A stretch of DNA of 64,000 nucleotides from Octopus bimaculoides. Its lineage: Eukaryota. Under the pieces are notes generated by a model that had not been told where the DNA came from, ran no database searches, and was given only the letters and a program-made list of their open reading frames with translations. The stretch spans positions 40,485,210 through 40,549,209 of the forward strand of contig NC_068987.1 of the NCBI RefSeq assembly GCF_001194135.2, given 5' to 3'. Of this stretch, positions 53,122 to 64,000 are shown piece after piece. Every line of letters begins with the position of its first letter. The stretch's first letter is position 1. Both the position numbers and the translations under genes were made by a program.

Positions 53122-53906
53122 ACTTATATACAGTGGTGTAACGTTATTGGATGTACACATTTTACATATTAAACACATTTCTGGAAGCTAGAACGTCATC
53201 ATCATCATTGTTTAACGCCCGCCTTCTATGCTGGCATGGGTGGGACAGTTTGACAGGAGCTGGCCTGGCAGAAGCCTGCATTAGACCTCTATGTCTGTTT
53301 TGGCAGGGTTTTTATGCTGGATACCCTTCCTAACACCAACCACCCAACAGAGTGGACTGAGTGCTTTTTATGTGGCACAAGCAGAGGCGAGGTCAGTTTT
53401 CGCAAGGTTTTTACAGTTAGACACCTGTTTCTGTCTCTCTGTCTCACTATAACCTTTCATCATCTGACACAAGATCACCTCTTCCAATTCCCCCTCCGCT
53501 CTCAAAACATTTTTGTTTTGCAAGTTACTTGATGACCCAGTCAGTGCAGGTGTCACTTGAAAAGTATTCAGTCCACACTGTAAAGTGGTTGTCATTTGGA
53601 AGGACATCCAACTGTAAAAACCTTGCGAAAACTGACCTCGCCTCTGCTTGTGCCACATAAAAAGCACTCAGTCCACTCTGTTGGGTGGTTGGTGTTAGGA
53701 AGGGTATCCAGCATAAAAACCCTGCCAAAACAGACATAGAGGTCTAATGCAGGCTTCTGCCAGGCCAGCTCCTGTCAAACTGTCCCACCCATGCCAGCAT
53801 AGAAGGCGGGCGTTAAACAATGATGATGATGACGTTCTAGCTTCCAGAAATGTGTTTAATATGTAAAATGTGTACATTCAATAACGTTACACCACTGTAT
53901 ATAAGT
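53122..53906. repeat. 297-bp inverted duplication (53122-53418 / 53610-53906), 191-bp spacer
   Basis: The arms are complementary with one mismatch that I could find. The ORF track gives identical peptides at 53151..53333(+) and 53695..53877(-). Confidence 0.95.
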
Positions 53907-53926
53907 CCATGGATGATTAATGGGTT

Positions 53927-53980
53927 GGATGGGTGCTGATGAAGGGGCAAAAACCCCGAAATATGGCATATATGCCCATT
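53927..53980 (+). ncRNA. Type I hammerhead ribozyme motif
   Basis: GGATGGGTG CTGATGA A GGGG-CAAAAA-CCCC GAA ATATG-G-CATAT A TGCCCATT: core, 4-bp stem II, 5-bp palindromic stem III, AUA triplet, 8-bp stem I with three G-U pairs. Confidence 0.6.
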
Positions 53981-54164
53981 ATACTATTTTTATCTTCAAT
54001 TTCATTGTTTGTTTACATCTGACATCTCAGATACGAAACATTGTAACAAAAATCAGTGCTGGCTATAATTTCTATAGAATATAACCTTAACAAGTAATAT
54101 ATGTATATGAACACACATGCGTATGCATGCACGCACACGCATGCATGCGTGCGCACACACACAC

Positions 54165-54960
54165 AGAGCCCTGCTCAATATGTGGGGAAGGAATTTCATT
54201 CTGCGTATCCAGTGCAAGCTATGGACACACAAGAGTTGCAGTGGAATAGTAGGAAAGTTAATATAGAAAATAGTGTTTGTTTGTTGAAGATATACAGGAA
54301 CCATAAAGATACATGGAAAACTGATTTCCTCAAATGTTCTGAAGGCTCTCTAGAAATAGTAGATAATTTTTGCTACCTGGATGACCTAATTAGCAGTGGA
54401 GAAGGATGTATCAAAAGTGTAATTGCTAGAATAAGAACAGGATGGAGAAAGTCCAGAAAGCTCTTATCTCCATTGGCAACCAAACATCTTTCAAGTGAAA
54501 GGAAGTGTGTATGATGCATGTGTAAGAACTGCACTGTTACATAGTAGTGGGATGTAAGCCCTAAATGCAGAGGACATGCAAAGACTAGAGAGGAACACAG
54601 CTAGTATGCTCATCTGGATGTGCAATGTTAGTGGGCATGTGCAACAGCATTCTAGTATATTGAGAGGCAAGGTAGGCATAAGAGGAATTAGTTGGAGTGT
54701 GCAAAAGAGAACACTGCACTGGTTAGGTCATGTGATGGCAGATGGATGAGAACATTTGCATAAAGATGTGCCAATCACTTAAAGTGGATAGAAGTTGTGG
54801 AAAAGGGAGACCCAGAAAAACATGGGACACTGTGCTGACGGTCAATCTCAAAATGCTGAACCTTATGAAGGAGATGACAAAGGACTGAGATATATGGTAC
54901 ATTGCTGTACTCAAGAAGACCTACCTGCCACAACAGAATTGATAACCTAAAACAACCTTG
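54165..54960 (+). mobile_element. RTE LINE 3' fragment
   Basis: VDNFCYLDDLISSGEGCIKSVIARIRTGWRK. Confidence 0.8.
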
Positions 54961-56129
54961 ATAATGCTTGTCCATGAGGGATTCCATCCCATCAACCTTC
55001 TGCCCTCATCCGCATTTCATCCCTAACACCCATCATTTCCTCTATCACCTGAGAGCAGAATAGGTACACTACATTCACACACTTCTTTCTCAGCTACCCT
55101 TACTCCCCACCACCACCAACCACCTTCTCTCACTTACTGTCTCCAACACTCACCTCCTCTCTGCACCTTCTCTCCCTCCCCTGTGCTGCTTTCTATCATC
55201 AACTCTTCAGTTGCCTACCATCATCCTCAATGCCCACCCCCAACTTTCTCCTATATTTCTCTTCATCATTTGCTACAGTCACCTAATCCTGCCCACTAAT
55301 CCAGACCAGGCTTCTATATCACCTCACCTATTCTCAGTACCCTCAATGTTCCTGAAGGGCATGTCCCGACACATCCCTGCCATCATCTCTGTCAATTCCA
55401 CTCTCTTTATCTTACTCTCCAACCCACTTTCTTGTGTTTTCCAATTGGGATATCCATATATCTACTCTACAGCAAGGCACCTATATCAGTCTCCTTTATA
55501 CCTTAAATCTCTCAATTGGCACAAATCCACACCTGCTCAATATTACTTCTTGTCCCTAGTTGAGAGGCTCCTGTTTTGCAAGGTACTTGGTTTTCCTGTC
55601 AGTGCTGGAAGCTCTGATGCTGGTTCAACATAAACTGCACTGGTGATAGTGCCACATAAAAAGCATTATTGATAGTACCATGTAAAAAACACTAGTGCTG
55701 GTGCCACACAAAAAGCACTGGTGTTGGTGCCACATATGAAACAGAGGTAATGGTGTTACATAAAAGCTACTCAAATGTAAAATGGTTGGCATTGGGAAAG
55801 GCATCCAATTGTAGAAACCATGCCAAAGCAGACTGGAACCTGGTGTGCTTCCTGGTCTTACCAGCTCCTATCAAACCAACCCATGCCAGCATAGAAAATG
55901 AATGCTAAACAATGATAATAATACATGTACCACACTGATGAAACTCCATCCTCTTTCTTTCTTTTCTAGTTATTCTTTGGTAGTTGTTTTGCTTTGGCTC
56001 TGATGAACATATCATATTGAAGGTAGTTCCCTATATTTCAGTCAAACCATAAATACAGCCAATTGCATATCTGAAACAGCTGTAAGCTTATAATAAATAA
56101 ATAAATGTATATAACCCATTATATCTGTC

Positions 56130-56160
<31 letters not shown>

Positions 56161-56665
56161 CTCTTTTACTTGTTTCAGTCATTTGATTGTGGCTATACTG
56201 GAGCACTGCCTTCAGTTGAACAACCGCTCCCCATATATANNNNNNNNNNNNNNNNNNNNNNNNNNNNNNNNNNNNNNNNNNNNNNNNNNNNNNNNNNNNN
56301 NNNNNNNNNNNNNNNNNNNNNNNNNNNNNNNNNNNNNNNNNNNNNNNNNNNNNNNNNNNNNNNNNNNNNNNNNNNNNNNNNNNNNNNNNNNNNNNNNNNN
56401 NNNNNNNNNNNNNNNNNNNNNNNNNNNNNNNNNNNNNNNNNNNNNNNNNNNNNNNNNNNNNNNNNNNNNNNNNNNNNNNNNNNNNNNNNNNNNNNNNNNN
56501 NNNNNNNNNNNNNNNNNNNNNNNNNNNNNNNNNNNNNNNNNNNNNNNNNNNNNNNNNNNNNNNNNNNNNNNNNNNNNNNNNNNNNNNNNNNNNNNNNNNN
56601 NNNNNNNNNNNNNNNNNNNNNNNNNNNNNNNNNNNNNNNNNNNNNNNNNNNNNNNATGATGATGA

Positions 56666-56700
<35 letters not shown>

Positions 56701-57129
56701 CCTTTGAAATTTCATTCTTTGGTAGGCAAAAACTTCTTAAACAAAGATGGTTAACTTAAACATTAAATTTACTTTCAAGAACTTCCAAGAAAATTGTTAG
56801 CTGTAAAAGAACTTACTTCATGAAATGATTTATTTCTAGCTTATTTTCTTGGACTACACCTTATCTTTCTACAGATTGCATTCTATTCATCATTTTTCTT
56901 AATTTTTTTAATTATGCTTAATTTTAATTTTTTGTTTACTTCATACCATCTCATATCACTCTTTTTACCCATCTTACCATATATTTTTGCAATTGGTATT
57001 ATGTGTCATTATTTCATATGCAGGTATGTCTACATATATACATACATGCACATGTTTCTATGTGCACATATGTGTATGTTTGTGCATATACATATCTATG
57101 AATGTGTATTTGTATGTGTAGTACTCTCT

Positions 57130-58440
57130 TGTTTATCTTAGTCCTTTAGGGATTAACTGAGGAATTCAAGACTGACTGTCCCTGGGAGCTCCTCTACACT
57201 TGTTCTTATAACTGAATCACTCACTACCAGACCTAGAGAAGAAATTTCAGGTATGAAAACAAGGCCTGGAATCTAAGGGCCTTAGAGCTAATTTACCAAA
57301 ATCCAAAGTCCTAGTAAGTAGGAAAATAGACAAATCACAAGTCCCTTCAGTGAGATGGCTCTGCTTGATATGTAAGAAGGCTGTTGGTAGAAACTCCATA
57401 CTTTGTACCCAGTGCAAGCTTTGGACACATAAGAGGTGTAGTGATATCACAGCAAGGTTAGTGGAGAATATAGTCTTTATGTGTGGTAAATGTACAGATA
57501 CAATGAGCACTAAAAATGTGCAGACAATACACTCCCTCAAATGCTTGGGAGTGGGGGGGGGGGTCATTAGAAGTAGTAGATAGCTTCTGTTACCTAGGAG
57601 ACCAAGTTAGCAGTGGTGGAGGGACTTCTGAAAGTGTGGTTGCTAGAATAAGAACAGGCTGAGCAAAGTTCAGAGAGCTTCTACCTTTGAGAGAAAGGCA
57701 GATTGTATGATGCCTGTGTATCTACAGCTATGTTACATGGCAGTGAAACATGGGCTTCGACTATGGAGGACTTGTGAAAGCTTGAAAGAAATGAAGCTAG
57801 CATGCTCCACTGGATGGATAATGTTAGTGTGCATGCACAACAGAGTGTAATGAGTTAAGAGGAAAACTGGATATAACAGGCATCAGATGTTGTGTGCAAG
57901 AGAGAAGACAGCGCTGGTTTTGTCATGTGATGTGTATGGATGAGGACAATTGCATAAAGAAGTGCTGAGCTCTAATTGTGGCGGGTACCTGGAGAAGGGG
58001 TAGACCTAAGAAGATATGTAATGAAATGGCGAGAAAGGATCATCAGATACTGAGCCTCACTGAAGAAATAACAAGGGACCAGGAGATGTAGCAATTTGTT
58101 GTACTTGATAAAACATGTCAAGGTAAGTAAAATTGCTGTCTTCCATACATACAGGGTCGTCCTTTCAGGTGCTAGTGCCACATAAAAAGCACCCATGCCA
58201 GTGCTGCATAAACGTACCCATGCTGGTGCTACGTGAACACACTTGTGTCAGTGGCATGTAATAAACACCCAGCACACTTTGTTAAGTGGTTGACATTTGA
58301 AAGGCCATCCAGCCATAGAAACTATGCTACAACACAATTGGAGTCTGGACAGCTCCCTGCTATTCAGCTCCATGTCAAATCGTCCAACCCATGCCAGCAT
58401 GAAAAGCAGATGTTAAGCAATGATGATGATGATACATGCT
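57130..58440 (+). mobile_element. RTE LINE 3' fragment with 3' UTR and GAT tail
   Basis: CLICKKAVGRNSILCTQCKLWTHKRCS, the same family as 2490-7640. Confidence 0.85.
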
Positions 58441-58499
58441 TACTTGCTTGTGACAACCTATCAAGGGTGATAACAGTGTAATCTAAGACATTAATCCTC

Positions 58500-59120
58500 C
58501 TCTTCCTCCAGTACATTGTTTCTCATATGAGTGGACATGGCTGACAAGACCAATATGAAATAGATCTTGTGACACTGAGGGCATTGAAAGTGACAGGAAA
58601 TTGATGACAATGTCTTCTCTTTTCATGCAGTCTCCAGCATTCAGTTTCAAAGTGCTCTACTCCAGTATCACACACATACCTCCATGCCTTCCGATTAACA
58701 GTTAGGATCTCTAACTGTTTGTGGGGGATACGGCATAAAATGAGAGACTGCTTGAGGTAATGATGAAAACAGTTTTGAACATCCATGAGCCCTCCTTCTA
58801 GTCTCAGTCTTGCTGAAGAGGACTGTCTTTGGGAGCCAGTTACCTGACATCTGAATCACATGGCCAACCCAACAGAGAAGATAGTGAAGGTTGCAAGACT
58901 CAATGCTGTAGATCCCAACTCTCAGGAGGATTTTGATATGAGGCACCTTGTCCTTCCATGTGAAACCAGGAATATTTTGGAGCGATCTGATATGGAACAC
59001 TTCTAGTTGTCTGATCTGCAGCTGATAAAGGGTCTAGCACTCAGACCCATACAGGAGGATGAATACACAAACAGCTCAATAGATGGACATTTTTGTACTT
59101 GCTCTAAGGTGCCTTGCCTG
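58500..59120 (-). mobile_element. RTE LINE fragment from a different family
   Basis: LCWVGHVIQMSGNWLPKTVLFS, equivalent to the RTE RWxGHVxRM...RLPK motif. Confidence 0.75.
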
Positions 59121-59879
59121 CATGGAGCTGAATTGAACTATCTTAAATAATGTGTGTGTGTCTGTGCATGCATGTGTGTAAGGGGATGAATTTCCTGTTA
59201 TATATTATGCAAGATCTGAAACATACATATTAAATGCTTAAATATATTAGTGGTGTCAAGGCCATATACTACCACCTCCAACATCTCTTAACCACACCCC
59301 AACATCTGGTTCACTTCCTTCCATTCTTTCCACCAAAACCATGACCTTCTTAACTCTCTACTCCTTGTCTTTTTCCTCATGTTTTATATGCGCATATACA
59401 GATTCAACCATCCCTTTTCTTTTCAGTGCTACTTTCCTTTTTTCCCTTCCCCACTACCTCACTTCACACGCGCGCGTATGTGTGTGTGTATTCGGTGCAA
59501 ATGGTTTTTTATACAGCACCGTTTTTACAATCCTGTAAATGATATTAATGGTATATTTATATAAGCTTAAAACTTATGGCGATCACCATGCGATGACTAA
59601 AGAAAATAGTCTAATAAAGGGGCATATAAGCCCTTGACAGAAAAGAAAAGGGTTTGTTATCTACGTGGATATATATATCTTTCTATCCTTTAACTATTGC
59701 TCCCAACTCTCTAAATATTTATCTCCCTTCCTTCTTTCCTTTCTATATATATTCATCCTCTTAAGTTTGCAGCCAACTTCTACTACTCTAATCATATATA
59801 TTGAACTACTTTCATCAACTGGGTTATATTTTGAAATATTTTAACCGAAGAAGGTCCTGTGTAATGGATGCATTTCCTT

Positions 59880-60900
59880 TTATATTACACGAACCTGAAA
59901 TGTACATACTGTCTACTACCATATCCCTCCACACAACAAGGGAATAATCACCAGCTATTTTACAATTCAGTGGCAAGACCTGGAGAAAGGAATCATGAAT
60001 CTTCTTATAACAGCTACTAATAAAGTAGTCAAAGGACTAACAATGGAATTAGATAACCGATAAGGGATACTATAGATGATCTTACAGTGACAACTACAAC
60101 CCAAGTGGAGGTAGAAAGAGTGTTGATTTCACTTGAATACATGACAACGAAGGCTAGATTGAAGTTTAAGCCCAAGAAATCTAGGAGTGCAGTAATCAGG
60201 AAAAGCAAGTTAACAAACACAATCAAACTGCAAGTGCAAGGAAGGCTATTCCATCAATAGAGAAAATTTTGATCAAATGCCTTGGGAAGTGGTTTGACAA
60301 TTCATTCTGATGGAAGCAATGTCACCAATACTGAGAAATAGAGGAATGGCTGAAGGGGATTGAAAGATCAGGGCCTCCAGGAAAATACAAGGCATGGCTC
60401 TACCAACACAGATTGCTCCCTGCCTCATGTGGTTATGAGATGTATGAGTTCCAATGACAAGAATAGAAAGAGTAGAGAGGAGGATAAACAACAGAGGGTG
60501 AATTGTAAACAGGTACCTCCAAAGGTGACTGAATACCCCTCCAAGCTTCACTTTGATAGGCCTATACATAAGATCTGAACAGCTCCAACTTCCTCTGCCA
60601 TTTGTGGTGAAGAAATTCAAGGTCACAAAGTGTAGGACTCCTAGAATGAGTGTGTCAGACTGGCCCTACCACAGTTGCAAAGGATGAAGCTGTGTGACAT
60701 CATTGGAATGATATGTAGTGGAAGGCAGGGTCTTGGTTCTTCCTATTTCCAACAATGGAAGAAAGCAGATATCAAAGGAAAGAGGGTCATGATCAGGCAG
60801 AAGCTCAGCACCAGGAGGAAGAAAGATGGGCAAGGGCTGTGGAACCGGTATCTCAAGGAGTCTTGACTAAATGGAACCCCTAGGTCTAGGTTCTACAACA
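59880..60900 (+). mobile_element. Decayed RLE-type (HERO/NeSL-like) non-LTR RT fragment
   Basis: Plus-strand translation near 60070-60300 gives DDLTVTTTT...LKFKPKKSRS...KCLGKWF. Confidence 0.6.
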
Positions 60901-62825
60901 AGGCAGCTGACCTGAAATTTGTCAGTTATGGCCTGGAAAACAATGATGAATAGGAGGGGATGGAGAACCAAGCTCTGGTGAACACCCACCTGTATTCTAA
61001 ATTCATCATTATTCAGGGTTCTCAACTTACAGTACTCCTCTACATGGCTTGTATGGTTTTCACAAGTAATTCATCTATCTATAGCTTTCTCAGAGACCAC
61101 CAGGTCACTAGGTCACCAAATGCCAAGTATAATGGTTTTACTTCTAACTAAATACTTCTCCTGCAGTTGTCTTACTAAAAAGATGACTTCAGTAGTACAT
61201 CACCCTGGCACATCTCATCTAGTTTTATTCTGTTTCAAATTTATTGTGCTATAACGTTCTACAGGAAAATTTTAAAAATCTATTTACCACAAACAAGTGT
61301 GCATTATTGTACATTATTATAAATAATAATTAATCAGCATGGCGCTGCTGGAGTGAAAAATAAGACTATGGAGAATTCACTGAAAAGCAATTTAATATTA
61401 GTTACCAATACTACAAGTAATAAGAAAGAAATAAGCCTCTCTACTAATAGCACGAGGCCTGAAATTTTGTGAGGTGGAGTCAATTAATTACACTGACCCC
61501 AGTTCTCAACTGGTACTTATTTTATCAACCTTGGAAGGATGAAAGACAAAGTCAACCTCAACAGAATTTGAACTCAGAATATAAAGTTGCAATTAATGGC
61601 TTCAACTTTTGGCACATGACCAGCAGTTTATGAGAGGAGGATGAAGTCAATTACAGTAATCCCAGTATTTAACTGGTACTTATTTTATTGACCCAAAAAG
61701 GATGAAAAGCAAAGTCAACTCCAGCAGAATGTGAACTCTTCTGTAAAGATGGATGAAATGCCACTGAGCATTTTGCCTGGCATGCTAATGATTCTGATAG
61801 CTCACCTCTAGCAATAAGAAAGTAATGATAATAATAATAGTTAATAAGGTATTACAGTTTTCAATGAAGTTGAGGGGACTGAAGAGGAAAAAGTAAGTGA
61901 CTGAGTTGCAAGATTACATATTATCAACAAGAGAAACTCAGACGTTAACTTAGCTGAGAAGTGCACAATCAATGTGTCTGTCTGACTCATCAGCAAGGAT
62001 TTATTTAAGATGGACACACATGTATATATGTACACATACGTATATATAAATATAAAACATCATCATCCACTTTTCCATGTTCAGATGGGTTGGATGAAAT
62101 TTGATGAGACAGATTTTCTGCAGTCAGATGCTATTCCTGTTGACAACCCTTGCCTGTTTCCAAGCAAGGTAATTTTCCCTTGGCCAGACATGTTTTCACA
62201 GAAGATTGGAAACAAAAGACACTACAAATATGACAGTGATTCTTATTTACAATTGTCAGGCAATATCCAGACAAGGTAATACTAACACAAACCCACACAC
62301 ATATATATGTGTGTAGCCTAGCAGTTGGGGTGTTGCACTCATAATTGCTAGATCATGGGTTAAATTCCTGGACTGAGCAGCATCTTGTATTCTTGAACAA
62401 AACACTTAATTTCATGTTGCATTGCAATCATTTAATCATCTGTGTGATTGTTCAGTAAAAAATTGCGGAACACTCATCTATCATCAAACTACAGGAGTGT
62501 CCATAATATATATATATATACACATACATACACACAATGGGCTTCTTTTAGCTTTTGTCAGCCAAATCCACTTGCAAGGTTTTGGCTGGCATGGGCTAAG
62601 GTACAAGACATTTGCCCAAGGTACCACACAATGGGACTGAGCCCCAGACCATATGACAGGGAAGGAAGATTCTTAACCACACAATCCTGCCTGTACCTTT
62701 CTGTGTGTATTTTTGGTGCATCACATGATAGCTAATGATATATATATATGTACATTAAAATGGTAATAGAAAATCAGTTTGCAGAAATAAAAAAACATCC
62801 AGAATAATATAATAATGATTCTTAC

Positions 62826-62948
62826 CTGGTTTTATGAGCATGAAGAAGGCAATACCAGTGATGGAGCCAAGCAGATTACTTAAAATAACAACTATTAAAG
62901 CAGATATTCCAAGTTTTCCATTTGATTTCACATCAAGTGTAGCAGAAC
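62826..62948 (-). CDS. Internal coding exon (123 nt, phase 1 to 1) of an SLC1/EAAT-family transporter; encodes (G)SATLDVKSNGKLGISALIVVILSNLLGSITGIAFFMLIKP(G), the TM3 region
   Basis: Minus strand reads ttttttgttaag|GTTCTGCT...AAACCAG|gtaag. The peptide matches the SLC1 pattern G-x-A-x-L-D-x-K-x-x-G-[KR]-x-G...TM3...[HK]-P-G. Frame is compatible with the next exon. Confidence 0.93.
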
Positions 62949-63739
62949 CTTAACAAAAAAGGTGAAACATAAGTAGATATCAGCATTTTTTGATGGAAGT
63001 AGTGAAGTGGTAGAATTGATTGAAGTCCACAATAATCTAGCTTCATTACTATATATTTTTAGGTTCTAATCACAACAGAGTCAACTATCCTTCTCATTAC
63101 TTATGGGTTAATAATGTACATAGCTTTCATGTCTCTTGGACAATTTCATTTAGGGGTAAAGTGAAGTCAGTTAATTGAATTAAGTCCAGTGCAGTGATGA
63201 TACTTATTTATGGGTCAATACATTTTGGACATTGTTTTGGTGCCACAACTGGGTGGTGAATGTTTTGATGCTATGAACATTTTTATGTGATACACTGTAT
63301 GTTATTCTGCATATCTTTAAATCCCAAAGTTGAAATTATTGAACTATTCAACTACTGAAAAACTAAACCAAATTTAGCTGTTTGTCTAGGTTACAGATGG
63401 TACCAGTGTTCCTACCAACAGGTAGCATCCAAGCTGCATTTGCTACAGCAGCACTTCTACAAGTCTACCATTCTGTTATATTTTTATTACTCTCTTTTTA
63501 CTCTTTTACTCTTTTACTTGTTTCAGTCATTTGACTGCGGCCATGCTGGAGTACTGCCTTTAGTCGAGCAAATTGACCCCAGGACTTATTCTTTGTAAGT
63601 CTAGTACTTATTCTATCAGTCCCTTTTGCCGAACCGCTATGTTATGGGGACGTAAACACACCAGCATTGGTTGTCAAGCGATGTTGTGAGGACAAACACA
63701 GACACACAAACATATACACACACATACATATATACATAC

Positions 63740-64000
63740 ATAAAGAGAATAAAAAGAATGAATGGGAGAAAGAGAGCCTGCCGTATGTCGACCCAATAGA
63801 GGGACCAGCTATCCGAGTTGATAGTACCAGGGTAGATAAAGCAATTAAGAGTATGAAGACCGGGAAAGCCCCCGGCCCATCAGGAATCACTGCAGAGATG
63901 CTCAAAATATCTGGCAGTGTTGGCTATAGCCTAGTCACCCGTATTACGAACCAGGTGATACACGAAGGAGTCATACCCAATGACTGGTGTAGCAGCATCA
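63740..64000 (+). mobile_element. RTE LINE fragment running off the window end
   Basis: KTGKAPGPSGITAEMLK...VIPNDWCSSI, homologous to about 5990-6160 on the minus strand. Confidence 0.85.

Larger units (their letters stand above)
4472..56656. other. Assembly gaps at 4472-5200, 27640-27649, 49431-49530, 50654-51321 and 56240-56656
   Basis: N runs; ORFs crossing them are artefacts. Confidence 1.

Noticed and set aside
61450-61800. Two adjacent similar ~150-bp blocks (also at 39870-40240)
   Set aside because: Partial copies of an abundant SINE; ordinary for this genome.

Overview
AT-rich, repeat-saturated animal genomic DNA with five N gaps. The SINE and LINE families look like those of Octopus; this is inferred from recognising the repeats, not from a database search. 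The only supportable host coding sequence is three small minus-strand exons (62826-62948, 27987-28071, 19246-19288). They have canonical AG/GT ends and compatible phases, and splice into (G)SATLDVKSNGKLGISALIVVILSNLLGSITGIAFFMLIKPGTRRDINQDNPGRVKVVIYAEDLFADLIRNIFPDNIIGASFRQ. This is the TM3 to TM4a part of an SLC1/EAAT-family amino-acid transporter, whose other exons appear to lie outside the window. The rest is intronic and filled with decayed mobile elements: RTE, Tx1, R4-like and HERO-like LINEs, Penelope-like elements, tRNA-Trp-primed LTR elements, pogo/Tc1/mariner/hAT derivatives, a Helitron, SINEs and microsatellites. The most notable non-coding signals are four minimal hammerhead-ribozyme motifs (two inside a ~600-bp near-perfect palindrome), several long inverted repeats close to exons, an RTE LINE with a twin-priming-type inversion bounded by an 11-bp TSD, a young LTR element with TG...AA termini and a doubled PBS, and a composite Helitron. 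Most ORFs in the supplied track are TE fragments or microsatellite read-throughs.
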